DNA of 64,000 nt from NCBI GenBank assembly GCA_050942875.1, contig JBMNOD010000005.1, positions 5,471-69,470 on the forward strand, read 5' to 3'. This DNA is from Kiritimatiellia bacterium. Lineage in GTDB: Bacteria; Verrucomicrobiota; Kiritimatiellia; RFP12; UBA3636. Of this stretch, positions 37,208-47,019 are shown in pieces. The stretch's first letter is position 1. Each line of letters starts with the position of its first letter. The translations under genes were made by a program, and so were the position numbers. The notes under the pieces are model-generated. The model was not told the origin of the DNA and made no database searches. It saw only the letters and a program-made list of their open reading frames with translations.

Positions 37208-39763
37208 ATGAATATGAATAAATTTGCGATCAGTCTTTCCCACCTCACGTGTGGCGCCGTCATGGCCGTCGCCTTCGGAGCCGCCCATGTTGGCGCCGCG
37301 GCTGGCCCGGCCGCGCCGTTGCCCAGCCCGACGATCCCCGACGTCATGGGCGTGCAGCTCAAGAACGGGCCCGATTGGACGCGCAAGCGTCTTGAGGAAG
37401 CGCAGGCGATGGGCTTTCGAATCGTTCGCAAGGGCATGTACTGGGGATCGGTCGAGAAGACACGGGGCGTCTATGATTTCTCCGACTACGACGAGCAGAT
37501 GGCTTGCGCGAAGCAGCTCGATCTCACGGTCGTCGTGACGCTCTTTGGCGGCAATGCGCTTTTTGAAAAGAAGGAAGGCGTCAGGGGGGTGGTCACCGAG
37601 GAGGGGCGTCAGGGCTTCGCCCGGTTCGCCGCCGCCGCCGCCGCGCGCTACAAGGGGCAGAAGGTTCTTTTCGAGATCTGGAACGAGCCGAACGTCCGCA
37701 CGTTCTGGGGTTCCCATGGCACGCACAACACGAAGCCGTTTGCCGATGAATATTCGGCGCTGGTGAACGTGGTCGTCCCCGCCATGCTCGAGGCCGATCC
37801 GGATTGCTTCGTTCTTGCGGGATCCGTTTCCAACTACTGGGAGCCGAGCTACCAGTGGACGGAGTTCTGCTTCCAGAACGGCGTCCTCAAGTCGGGCATT
37901 CGCGGCTGGTCGGTCCATCCCTACGGCGTGCGCACGCCGGAGGAGCATGCGATCGGCCATGCGCGCACGCGCGAGCTGCTTGTGAAACACGGCGCGCCCG
38001 ATCTGCCCATCGTGAACACGGAGCGCGGCTATTCGGTGGCGAAGACCGAGACGGGCGAAGGCTGGTCGGGCGGCGAGGCGGGCAGGACGCTCGGCCACCA
38101 GGCGTCGCAGTTCGTCCGCCAGCTTCTCGTCGATCAGCTCTGCGGCGTCCGCTTTTCGGTCTGGTACGAGTGGGGCGGCAACGAGAACTTCGGGTTCTGG
38201 AATCCGGACGGCTCCCCGCGCCCCGTGGTGGCGTCGATCCGGCAGCTCATTGAAGAACTGGGCGGCTATCGCGTCGTCAGGCGTCTCGAGTCGGATTCGA
38301 AGCTCGACTACCTCCTGCTCTGCGAGAATGCGAACGGGGCTCGCAAGCTTGCCGCCTGGACGGCGCCGCCTCCGGGCGGCTCGCCGGACGAGGCCTGGGA
38401 GCACGAGGCGGCCCTTGACCTGGGCGCCGGCGTGAAGCCGCTCGCCCTCAAGCTGGGCGCCCACCCGGCGTACATCGCCTTGCCGCCCGGCGCGAAGCCC
38501 GGCAAGAGCGTGACGACGACGCCACGCCCCGTTCCCGAGGCCGTTGCGGTCGCGACGCCGGCAGGAGGCGTCGACCTCAAGGTGTTCGAGGAAGGGCGGT
38601 CGTGGACGTTCACCAAGAACACGGGGGACGGCTCGTTCACGCTCGGGCGCGATGCGGACGGCACGCCCATCGGCATCCTGTCGTATGACTTCACGAAATC
38701 GAAGAGCAAGACGACCCCCTACGTGATCGCCTCGACGACGCTCGACGCCGTCGGCCCCTGCGATGCGCTGACGTTCTTTGCGCGCGCGCCTCTTGCGCAG
38801 CAGCTCACGTTCCGCGTCGTTGACAGCACGGGGCAGACGTTGCAGTTCAAGACGCGCGTGAAGGGGACGGGCGGATGGGAGCCGATCCGCTTCCCGCTCG
38901 ACCGGAGACTGGAGCGTTGGGATGGCGCGAACGACGGTTATGCGCACTTCCCGCTGAAGGCGCTGCTGTTCAGCGTGCCGAAGCCGGGCGGCACGCTCGT
39001 CGGCAAGGTGGAATACGCCGGCTTTTCGGCGGTCGGCTCCGGCGCCTCGGCGCGTCCGGCACCGGCGCAAGCGCCTGCCGTGGCCGCGCCTGGGTCTGCA
39101 GATCCTGCCGCGGCCGCGCCTGCGGCGGGCGGCGGCATGACCGTCAAGCTCTACGATGCCAAGACGGGCGAGCTGGCGATGACGGGCGTGGTCGAAGGCG
39201 CCTCCGCGCCTGCGGCTCCGTCTTCCGCCTCCGCGTCGGCATCGGCGCCGGCGCTTGCGCCGGCGGCGGTCCCGGTCGAGACGCTGCCGCCGGGCGGCAT
39301 GGCGCTGAAGCTCTTTGACGGCGACGTGGCCTGGAACTTCGTGAAGAACACGGGCGAGGGCTCCTTCACGCTGACGAAGGATCCCGAAGGGCGCGGCGTC
39401 GGCGTGATGGCCTACGACTTCTCGAAGTCGAAGGCGAGGAGCACGCCCTACGTGCTGGCGTCGGCGCCGGTCTCCATTCCGGGCGGGACGCAGATCACGA
39501 TGCAGGTGCGCACGGCGATTCCGCAGCGGCTGACCTTCCGCGTCGTGGATTCCACGGGGCAGACCTTGCAGTACAAGACGAAGACGGTCGGGCAGGGGGC
39601 TTGGGAGACGGTTCGCTTCCCGCTTGACCGGAAGCTGGAGCGTTGGGACGGCGCGAACGACGGCTTCGTGCATTTCCCGATCAAGAGCGTCGTCTTCAGC
39701 GTGCCGCAGCCCGCCGGGGTTTCCCGGGGCGCCGTCGAATACGCAGAGGCCGTGGCAAGGTAA
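37208..39763 (+). CDS. Secreted GH5-like glycoside hydrolase with two tandem C-terminal CBM-like modules
   Basis: Signal peptide and a TIM-barrel with FEIWNEPN (the GH5 NEP acid/base motif). Duplicated ~150-aa modules at ~38569-39035 and ~39300-39760 share LTFRVVDSTGQTLQ(F/Y)KT and RFPLDR(R/K)LERWDGANDG. Confidence 0.65.
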   Translation: MNMNKFAISLSHLTCGAVMAVAFGAAHVGAAAGPAAPLPSPTIPDVMGVQLKNGPDWTRKRLEEAQAMGFRIVRKGMYWGSVEKTRGVYDFSDYDEQMACAKQLDLTVVVTLFGGNALFEKKEGVRGVVTEEGRQGFARFAAAAAARYKGQKVLFEIWNEPNVRTFWGSHGTHNTKPFADEYSALVNVVVPAMLEADPDCFVLAGSVSNYWEPSYQWTEFCFQNGVLKSGIRGWSVHPYGVRTPEEHAIGHARTRELLVKHGAPDLPIVNTERGYSVAKTETGEGWSGGEAGRTLGHQASQFVRQLLVDQLCGVRFSVWYEWGGNENFGFWNPDGSPRPVVASIRQLIEELGGYRVVRRLESDSKLDYLLLCENANGARKLAAWTAPPPGGSPDEAWEHEAALDLGAGVKPLALKLGAHPAYIALPPGAKPGKSVTTTPRPVPEAVAVATPAGGVDLKVFEEGRSWTFTKNTGDGSFTLGRDADGTPIGILSYDFTKSKSKTTPYVIASTTLDAVGPCDALTFFARAPLAQQLTFRVVDSTGQTLQFKTRVKGTGGWEPIRFPLDRRLERWDGANDGYAHFPLKALLFSVPKPGGTLVGKVEYAGFSAVGSGASARPAPAQAPAVAAPGSADPAAAAPAAGGGMTVKLYDAKTGELAMTGVVEGASAPAAPSSASASASAPALAPAAVPVETLPPGGMALKLFDGDVAWNFVKNTGEGSFTLTKDPEGRGVGVMAYDFSKSKARSTPYVLASAPVSIPGGTQITMQVRTAIPQRLTFRVVDSTGQTLQYKTKTVGQGAWETVRFPLDRKLERWDGANDGFVHFPIKSVVFSVPQPAGVSRGAVEYAEAVAR

Positions 39764-39814
39764 GGTGTGGAATTTGAACCGGCGAGCAACCGCGCGCCAG
39801 AAAGGAATGCGATC

Positions 39815-41515
39815 ATGAAAAAGTGGATTTCCCAGTCAACAACCGTCCGACGGGCGAGTGTTAAAATCGGGGCGTTCGCCCTTGGGTTCGTTTGGGCGAT
39901 GTCGTCCGCCATCGCGCAAGTCTCCTGGGTGGGGGACGCGACGCTGGACGACGCGTGGGAGACGGGCGCGAACTGGAGTTCTGGGGTGGCGCCCACGAAC
40001 ACGGACGACGTCGTGATCAACGCGGGAAGCAGCGTGCTCAATCCCGTCGTGATTTCCACGGCCGGCCAAAGCGCGAAGACGCTCAAGCTCGGCTCCGCCG
40101 CGGACGGGTTCGGCGCCTTGCTGATGGCGGGCGGGGACTTCTCCGCTCCCGGTGCGTTTCTCATCGGCGATGCGGGGGAAGGGCATTTGACCGTGACAAA
40201 CGGCCTGTTGGCGACCAGTGGCTCCATTTCGCTTGGACACGCCAGCTCGGGAACGGGCGCCCTTTTCATGGAGGGGGGGAAGATGGGATGCGCCAACAAA
40301 TTTTACATTGGCAACTCGGGAACCGGAACCGTCGTCCTCGCGGGCGGGACGCTCTACACGTCAGGGAATTTCTACGATCCCATTCTCGGCAATTCTGCGG
40401 GGTCACAAGGGTTTTTGGTCGTTTCAAACGGGACGTTCAGCTCGGGGTATGCCTTCTACGTCGGGGCTTCCGGATCCGGGCATTTGGTCCAGGTCGGCGG
40501 AGACATCTCAATGACGCGGCAGTTTTATGTCGGATCGGGGTCGTCGGGCTCGGGCAAGGTGGATTTCGGCGGCGGCACGTTCAAAGTGGCTCGCGAATGC
40601 CATGTCGGATTCTCGGGCCATGGGGAGCTGAATGTCTTCGAAGGGGCGGATGTGACGTTGGGACGCTGCTTGAGGGCAGGGGTTAACGCCGGCGCCGTTG
40701 GGGTGGTTCGCACGGATGCCGTGACAATCAAGGGGACGGAGCACTATCCCTACGTCGTGGGCGATGCCGGGCACGGGGAGATGCATCCGAAAGGGACGAC
40801 GTTCGGGACGAACCGCGCTGGATTGCAGGTCCGCTTGTCCGAGTCGGCGCATGGGCTCGTCAATGGATGGGGGAAGTGGCATTCGATTGTGGCCGCCAAC
40901 TACAAGGTCGGCGTCAACATCAACAATGGCTTGATCGTGGCGAACGGTTTTGGCGAGGATCGCGACCTGGACTTCTCCGCCTACGTCGCGTCGGTTGACG
41001 CCAGCTCGACGACCAATTCCATCGAGAACACGTCGACGAACGGCTGGTATGCGGTGAATGGCGGACGCCTGGTGCTCGGGGGGATCGACCTCGGCGCCGG
41101 AAGCGACGTCGGCGCGAGCTGGGGCGAGGCGATCGGCGACACCGAGATCGATCTGGTCAACAGCGCGCGATTCGAGTTTGGAAACATCGCGACAGCGGGG
41201 CGGCTGGTCGGGAAGCTCCTGGCGGCTGACCGGACCGATGTGCCCTCTTTGCCACCCACGGGCACGTGCGTCGGCGTCTGGGATTTCAGCTTCACCGGCG
41301 CCTTCGACACGGTGGACGTGCAGTTGCGGTACGACGACGTCGCGTCCGCCGGGAAGCTTGTCGTGATGAAGCGCTGGAACGACACGGCTGGATTCTGGGA
41401 GTCGCTGCCGACGACCGAGCTTCCGCAAGCCCGCATCCAGGCGTCCGGCCTGGCCGAGCTTGGCCTTTTCGCCGCTTTTGCCGGCGATCATCCGACGCTG
41501 ATCATCGTGAGATAG
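39815..41515 (+). CDS. Secreted beta-helix / autotransporter-associated beta-strand repeat-like protein
   Basis: Start at ATG 39815 (signal ...FVWAMSSAIAQ). It carries the WxxGxNWSxGVAP pattern and Gly/Asn-rich repeats, and its C-terminus is ...HPTLIIVR. Confidence 0.55.
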   Translation: MKKWISQSTTVRRASVKIGAFALGFVWAMSSAIAQVSWVGDATLDDAWETGANWSSGVAPTNTDDVVINAGSSVLNPVVISTAGQSAKTLKLGSAADGFGALLMAGGDFSAPGAFLIGDAGEGHLTVTNGLLATSGSISLGHASSGTGALFMEGGKMGCANKFYIGNSGTGTVVLAGGTLYTSGNFYDPILGNSAGSQGFLVVSNGTFSSGYAFYVGASGSGHLVQVGGDISMTRQFYVGSGSSGSGKVDFGGGTFKVARECHVGFSGHGELNVFEGADVTLGRCLRAGVNAGAVGVVRTDAVTIKGTEHYPYVVGDAGHGEMHPKGTTFGTNRAGLQVRLSESAHGLVNGWGKWHSIVAANYKVGVNINNGLIVANGFGEDRDLDFSAYVASVDASSTTNSIENTSTNGWYAVNGGRLVLGGIDLGAGSDVGASWGEAIGDTEIDLVNSARFEFGNIATAGRLVGKLLAADRTDVPSLPPTGTCVGVWDFSFTGAFDTVDVQLRYDDVASAGKLVVMKRWNDTAGFWESLPTTELPQARIQASGLAELGLFAAFAGDHPTLIIVR

Positions 41516-41569
41516 CGGGGGTCGGCGCAGACAAATGGAGCGCAACACGAAAACAGAAAGGAGCAGGCG

Positions 41570-42997
41570 GTGAAAAACAAATTCGCGGGTTGTCGAAAAT
41601 GGTCCTCAATTGTGGTGGCGCTGATCTTTGCGGCGTCGTTGGCTTCCGCGGCCGTGAACACCTGGCAGGGAAGTGTGTCGTCGGATTTTAATGATCCTCT
41701 TAACTGGTCGTTGGGTGCATTGGACGCGGCCGACACCTCGACGTTTGCCGGGGCGGCGCTTGTTCAGCCCAATGTCTCGGCAGACATCACGGTCGCCAAA
41801 ATCAATTTCGCCTTGGGTTCGACGAACCACGTGCTGTCGTCGTCGCCCGGCGCATCGCTCTTCCTGACGACAAGCCCGGTGGTTGTTTCGCAGAGCGGCA
41901 CGGGCACGAACACCGTGAGCGCGAATCTTGTGCTCTCCGGCGGCGGAGTCAAGCAGTTCCAGCAGGCTGGCGGCTGCACATTGTGGATGTCGGGGAGCAT
42001 CTCGGAATCCACGCCAGACACCATGGTGCAATACGTGCGCGTCTCGTCGGCAGGCGGAAAGTACTTGATCACAGGCCAGAACACCTACAGCGGGGACACG
42101 ACTTTTCATGATGGCACATTCACCATCACGTCTTTTGGCAATGCAGGTGAACCCAGCAGCGTGGGCACGAGCGGGACGATCTGGCTGGGAAATGCAGGAA
42201 GCAGCCGCGATGCGACGCTGGTTTATGCAGGCGCTGGCGAAACGACGGACAAGACGATCATGTTCGGGGCGGGGTCCGGGGCGCGCACGATCAGCACGCT
42301 CGGGACTGCAGGCCCCTTGGTCCTCAATGCGCATGGCATCAATGGAACCGGCGACTTCCCCAAGCTCGTTTTCGCGGGCGACAGCGACGGCAATGTGTTC
42401 AACGGACTGATTGCCGATCCTTCGGCCTCGACGAGCACGGCGGTAGGCAAATCCGGCTCGGGCACTTGGACGTTTACGGCGGACAACACCTACAAGGGGA
42501 CGACGATTCTCAATAGAAATGGCGGCACCTTGCTCATCGACGGCGACCAGTCTGCCGCGACCGGCGCCGTCACCGTCAACTCCGCCGCCATGTTGGGGGG
42601 GGAGGGGATCGTCGGTGGCGCCACGACAGTCGGCAATGGAGGCAGGCTCTTGGCAACGCAGGAAACCGGTTCGCCCTCCTTTGCGACGGATTTGACTTTG
42701 TTGGGGAATTCAGCGATGACGTTTGACGCCGTTGAGGCCGTGGGCGTCGCCGGAACGCTGACGCTGGCGAACAACTGGACGCTGACGCTTGGCGACGGGT
42801 TCAAAAATGGCGGCTCGACCGTGTTGTTCCGCTATGGAACTCTTGGCGCTTCGCCCGATTTGGAGCCGACGTTTGACGTTTCCGGTTTGGGATTCACGCC
42901 GACGGGGACGTTGTCGCTCACCGACACGGGCAGCGAGATCGTCTTGAACGGCGTCAGGGTTCCGCCATCCGGCATGACGATGATCGTCGTGCGATGA
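41570..42997 (+). CDS. Autotransporter-associated beta-strand (PATR) repeat protein
   Basis: GTG start and a signal peptide. Repeated G(S/T)GT..L...NTY(S/K)G.T motifs. The C-terminus is ...GMTMIVVR. Confidence 0.65.
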   Translation: MKNKFAGCRKWSSIVVALIFAASLASAAVNTWQGSVSSDFNDPLNWSLGALDAADTSTFAGAALVQPNVSADITVAKINFALGSTNHVLSSSPGASLFLTTSPVVVSQSGTGTNTVSANLVLSGGGVKQFQQAGGCTLWMSGSISESTPDTMVQYVRVSSAGGKYLITGQNTYSGDTTFHDGTFTITSFGNAGEPSSVGTSGTIWLGNAGSSRDATLVYAGAGETTDKTIMFGAGSGARTISTLGTAGPLVLNAHGINGTGDFPKLVFAGDSDGNVFNGLIADPSASTSTAVGKSGSGTWTFTADNTYKGTTILNRNGGTLLIDGDQSAATGAVTVNSAAMLGGEGIVGGATTVGNGGRLLATQETGSPSFATDLTLLGNSAMTFDAVEAVGVAGTLTLANNWTLTLGDGFKNGGSTVLFRYGTLGASPDLEPTFDVSGLGFTPTGTLSLTDTGSEIVLNGVRVPPSGMTMIVVR

Positions 42998-43055
42998 GCG
43001 CATGAGTTTCGTCCAATCAGGGGCGTCAGGCACTTTTAGGAATTGAGGTGTTCGA

Positions 43056-44135
43056 ATGCATGGAGGCACGATGCAGTTTACCGAAGAGGATTGGGCGAGG
43101 CTCGAGCGCGACTGGACGGCGTGGTGGAACCACGATCTGGGACGGCCTCTGGTCATGGGCCACACACGGCGGCCGACGGATCGCGCACGCCCTTCCTGGT
43201 GGGATGGCGTGGGCAAGATTCCGCACGACATCCCCGCCGAGGCCGTGGCCGAGGAGATGTGGGACGACGTCAGCCGCACGGTGCATCACGGCGACGCCTG
43301 GCCGCGCGAATGGATCAACTTCGGCCCCGGCATCGCCGCGGCCTTTCTCGGCGGCGAGGCTCTCCCGAGTCCGCAGACGATGTGGTTCTCCCCCGGTCGG
43401 TGGCAGGGCGTCGCGCTGCGCGACATCCAGCCCGACTACGACCCGGACAACCGCTGGTGGCGGCGCGTTCAGGATCTGACGCGGGCATGCGTGGCCGTGT
43501 TCGACCGCCGGGCGGTCGTCGGCTTCACCGACATCGGCGGCAACCTCGACATCGCCGCCTCGTTGCGCGACACGCAGCCGCTGCTCATGGACTGCCTCGA
43601 CGACCCCGAAGGCGTCGATGCGCTCTGCCAACGCATCACGTCGCTGTGGCTGCGCTACTACCGCGAGCAGTGCGACCTCGTCGTGCCCGCGGGGCGCGGC
43701 ACCTGTTCCTGGGCCGCGCTCTGGAGCCCGAAGCGCACCTACATGCTCCAAAGCGATTTCGCCTACATGATCAGTCCCGCCCAGTTCGAGCGCTGGGTCG
43801 CGCCGGACATCGTCGAATGCTGCCGCCAGATGGAGCATGGTTTCTACCATCTCGACGGCAAGGGCCAACTGGCCCACCTCGACATCCTCCTTGCGATCCC
43901 CGAATTGCGCGGCATCCAATGGATCCCTGGCGGCGGCCAGCCCGAGTCCGGCGATCCGGTCTGGTGGCCTGTGCTTCGCCGCATTCGCGCCGCAGGCAAG
44001 CTCGTGCAGCTCTTCACCTCGGCGGAGTCCGTTCTGCGCATGGCCCGCGAAATGCCGCTCGACGGCTTCGCCATCGACATCGGCTGGGGCGAGAACCGCG
44101 GCGAGCAGGTCGAGGCCATCCTCGCCGCGTGCTGA
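43056..44135 (+). CDS. URO-D-like superfamily protein (function unknown)
   Basis: 359 aa and GC3-rich. SDFAYMISPAQFERWVAPDI and DGKGQLAHLDILL resemble URO-D/MtaA-fold proteins. The assignment is weak. Confidence 0.4.
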   Translation: MHGGTMQFTEEDWARLERDWTAWWNHDLGRPLVMGHTRRPTDRARPSWWDGVGKIPHDIPAEAVAEEMWDDVSRTVHHGDAWPREWINFGPGIAAAFLGGEALPSPQTMWFSPGRWQGVALRDIQPDYDPDNRWWRRVQDLTRACVAVFDRRAVVGFTDIGGNLDIAASLRDTQPLLMDCLDDPEGVDALCQRITSLWLRYYREQCDLVVPAGRGTCSWAALWSPKRTYMLQSDFAYMISPAQFERWVAPDIVECCRQMEHGFYHLDGKGQLAHLDILLAIPELRGIQWIPGGGQPESGDPVWWPVLRRIRAAGKLVQLFTSAESVLRMAREMPLDGFAIDIGWGENRGEQVEAILAAC

Positions 44136-44171
44136 GGGCGGGGGCGGCGGCGCGGCGGGGAAGAAAAGCGG

Positions 44172-44191
44172 ACGCGGCGTCCTCGCCGCGT
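44172..44191. repeat. Inverted copy of the ACGCGGCG hairpin (acgcggcg-tcct-cgccgcgt)
   Basis: One mismatch from the reverse complement of 3351-3370. GTGAGAA/GTGGGAG heptamers follow at 44277-44311. Confidence 0.75.
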
Positions 44192-44481
44192 GTGTTGGAA
44201 AGCAGAACCACAACGCGCCGAAGCGCGGGCGAGCGGTACAAGGTTTGTCGTGACGCCGCGAGGCGTTGGCGTTGCAGTGAGAATTGAGAGGTGAGAAGTG
44301 GGAGGTGGGAGAAAACCGAAGGGCGATTCATCCGCCTTTCTTTCGCAAGATGCCCTGACGGGCACACTACGAACGTTTTTTTAGAGCGACTTGAGAAACA
44401 GTATAGCCGCACGATTTGAACTAGGATTCGGCGTTTTGGAGCTGGAGGATAGAATATGGACACGGATTTTCTCAAACCGCT

Positions 44482-44742
44482 CTAGCGCCGCCGGGATCGT
44501 CGGCGGCTGTGCCGCCGACGTTCGCCGCGCTCTTTTGCGCGGCGGATGGAGACGCAGCTCAGGCTGCCGCATTCATCGCATTGCCAGCGTCCGAAGCGGG
44601 CGGGGAAGACCCATTTGAGCAGCGTCCAGCCGCCGAGCGTGATAAGCGTCCAGAGCTTGTCGTCCGCCGATGAATGGTAGCGTTGCTGGACGTAGACGCG
44701 CTTGCGGCATTTCCGGCAGTAGGCGGAATGATCCCAGAGCAT
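44482..44742 (-). CDS. Small LITAF-like zinc-ribbon membrane protein (86 aa)
   Basis: CRKC ... hydrophobic LWTLITLGGWTLLKWVF ... CDEC arrangement with strong GC3 bias. It begins 9 nt downstream of the TPR gene stop. Confidence 0.5.
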   Translation of the reverse strand: MLWDHSAYCRKCRKRVYVQQRYHSSADDKLWTLITLGGWTLLKWVFPARFGRWQCDECGSLSCVSIRRAKERGERRRHSRRRSRRR

Positions 44743-44751
44743 TTTATTTTC

Positions 44752-46800
44752 TTATTTTTCATCGGGCGCCAGCGCCTGGCGCAGTTTGCCGAGGCGTTCG
44801 CGTTCGGGAATGGAAAGCCGACTGGAATTCTGGTCGACGAGCGTGAGCGCCTTGCGGGCGGCGTCGGTGTCGCCCGCGGTCAGGGAGGACTCGGCATAGT
44901 GGAGCTGGATGCGCGGATCGTCGCCGCCGGGCTTCGTGACGGCGGTTTTGAACGCTTCGTACGCTTCCGCTTCCTTGCCTTGTCCATGCAGGGCGGAGCC
45001 GAGGCTGTCCCAGACGGCCGCGAAGCCTTCGCCGCCGCTGGCGAGCGCATTGCGCGCCAGGTTTTCCGCGAGGTCGAAGCGCCGGGTCTCGGCGGCGAGG
45101 GCGGCGTAGTCGTTGAGCACGAACCAGGCGGGGTTTTGCGAGAGGCTGATCTGGAAGCGTCGTTCAGCCGTGGCAAAGTCCCGACGATCGGCGAGTGCGG
45201 TGGCTTTGACGTAGTTGGCGAAATCATCGAGGGGGAAGCGCGCGAGCGCGGCGTCCGCATGCTGTTCGGCGGCTGCCTTGTCGTTGGCGATCAAGTCGAG
45301 CAGAAGCATCTGCCGGAAGGCGAAGTCGGTGTCGGCATCCTGCTCGATCGCCTGGGCGGCGAGCGTCCTGGCCTTTGCGACGTCGCCGGCGATTTGCGCC
45401 TTGAGGCTTTCGGCAAAGGGCGTCATCCACGCGGGCGCGTTTGTGGAGGCGGCTTGAAGTGCCGTCACGGCGTCGAGCAGGCCGGCGGTGTCGCCGCCCG
45501 CGGCGCGGGCGGAGGCGACGCGAGTGAGGACTTCCGCCGCGTTTTCCGGGGTTTTGACAGCCATGAGGGCGGTGACGGCATCGGCGGGGCGGCCCGATTT
45601 GACAAGCACTTGAGCCCGGACGAAGGCGACGGCCTGCGCATCGGCTCCCGGTTGTGCCGCCGCTCGTTCGACGAGGCGCAATGCGCGGGCACGATCGCCC
45701 ATCGCAAGCTGCTGCTCGGCGAATTGGAGCATGGTCTCCCAGGTGAAGCCTTGGTCGGAGAGCTTTGCGAGCATCATCATCGCGGGCTGGGCGCCAGCCG
45801 TCTGCAGGCCCAGGGACGGCGTCAAATTACGGGCGACGGCGGTGCGAAGCTCGGGGTCTTGGATGGCCGAGAGCTCGGATTCGATCTTGGCCTGGTCGGT
45901 GAAAGGCAGGCCAGAGAGCGTCCAATGCCATTTCGCGTCGAAGAAGTCCGACGGGCGGACCACGTAGCCATGCGAGGAGGCGAGCGTCCAGGAGCCGCCC
46001 CCGGCTTTTGCCAGTTCGTTGAGCTCGACGGCGATTTTCTCGGCCAGCTCGGGGCGGAGCCCTTCGCGGACGAGCGATGCGCGGTTGAGCAGGGCGCTGA
46101 TGTTCGAGCGGTCGATCGCGTGCGCCTGGGTGAAGGCGTCGAGCGCCTCTTTTTTCAAATCGGCGCTGTGGAGCAGGACGCCAAGGTTGTTGCCGCAGGC
46201 GGAGGCGCGGGCGCGGAACCATTTGGCGCCGGCGGTCGAAGCGGCGTCGGCGGGGGCCAGGGCGATCGTTTCGCCGATGGCGTCGCGCAAGGCGGCATGG
46301 TGGGCATAGGCTCTGAGGAGGACGTTGCTCGTGACGGCGTCGGGCTTGTGGAGATGGTAGACGAGTCCGCCGGGCACGGGTTCAAGCCCGGAGGCCTTTG
46401 CCAGCGAGGGCTCGACCATCAGCGCAAGCTTGGCGGCGGCTTCGTCTGGACGTTGCTGCATCCAGGTCAGGACGAACGGGGCGGCGCCGAGCGAGGCTGC
46501 CGCTTCCAGACGCGGATCGCCGAGTGTCGCGGCGGCCGCTTCGTAGGCGGTGACGACGGAATCGGCTCCGCCGAGAAGAGGCATGGCGACGAGGTCGATG
46601 CCTCTTGCCTTGGCGCGGGCGACGAGCAAGGCGTCGGCAAAGCCGTCCGTAAGCAGCCACGTCTTGCCGTCGAGACTTTCAATGACGGTGTCGGCGCAGG
46701 CGTTGGCAAAAGGAGAATCGGAAAGCGTCTGCGCAGGAGCCGCCGCGCGGGCGGCGACTGATGCGTATGCGAGTGCGAGCGCGAAGGCCAGGAATTTCAC
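44752..46800 (-). CDS. Secreted tetratricopeptide-repeat (TPR) protein
   Basis: A GTG start at 46798-46800 gives the signal peptide MKFLAFALALAYASVAARA. The longer ORF start would overlap tRNA-Gly. Ala/Leu-rich TPR-like helices run throughout. Confidence 0.65.
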   Translation of the reverse strand: MKFLAFALALAYASVAARAAAPAQTLSDSPFANACADTVIESLDGKTWLLTDGFADALLVARAKARGIDLVAMPLLGGADSVVTAYEAAAATLGDPRLEAAASLGAAPFVLTWMQQRPDEAAAKLALMVEPSLAKASGLEPVPGGLVYHLHKPDAVTSNVLLRAYAHHAALRDAIGETIALAPADAASTAGAKWFRARASACGNNLGVLLHSADLKKEALDAFTQAHAIDRSNISALLNRASLVREGLRPELAEKIAVELNELAKAGGGSWTLASSHGYVVRPSDFFDAKWHWTLSGLPFTDQAKIESELSAIQDPELRTAVARNLTPSLGLQTAGAQPAMMMLAKLSDQGFTWETMLQFAEQQLAMGDRARALRLVERAAAQPGADAQAVAFVRAQVLVKSGRPADAVTALMAVKTPENAAEVLTRVASARAAGGDTAGLLDAVTALQAASTNAPAWMTPFAESLKAQIAGDVAKARTLAAQAIEQDADTDFAFRQMLLLDLIANDKAAAEQHADAALARFPLDDFANYVKATALADRRDFATAERRFQISLSQNPAWFVLNDYAALAAETRRFDLAENLARNALASGGEGFAAVWDSLGSALHGQGKEAEAYEAFKTAVTKPGGDDPRIQLHYAESSLTAGDTDAARKALTLVDQNSSRLSIPERERLGKLRQALAPDEK

Positions 46801-46818
46801 AATGGTCTGTCCCAAAAA

Positions 46819-46892
46819 TGGAGCGGGTGATGGGAGTCGAACCCACGTGACCAGCTTGGAAGGCTGGGGCTTTACCGTTAAGCAACACCCGC
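46819..46892 (-). tRNA. tRNA-Gly (anticodon UCC), CCA encoded
   Basis: Hand-folded cloverleaf: GCGGGTG/CACCCGC acceptor stem, GCTT/AAGC D-stem, CCAGC-CTTCCAA-GCTGG anticodon arm, GTGGG-TTCGACT-CCCAT T-arm, discriminator T, CCA. Confidence 0.9.
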
Positions 46893-46959
46893 GATCTGAA
46901 ATCAAGTGCTTAATCTACACCAAATGCCCTTCGGAATCAATTGAAAACTGCATCTGGCG

Positions 46960-47019
46960 GCAATCGGTCGGTCGAAGAGGTCGGGCAACCTTCGGTCATG
47001 GATTGGCTTGACCGATTGC
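46960..47019. mobile_element. MITE-like element (copy 2, inverted) flanked by 8-10-nt direct repeat
   Basis: The core at 46962-47017 matches the reverse complement of 22685-22740. GCATCTGGCG occurs at 46950-46959 and again at 47018-47027. It lies 5 nt from the miaB stop. Confidence 0.75.

Noticed and set aside
46801-46905. N-terminal 35 codons of ORF 44752..46905 (MISDRGCCLTVKPQ…).
   Set aside because: This stretch is the reverse-strand reading of tRNA-Gly (46819-46892). A GTG at 46800 gives a proper signal peptide instead.
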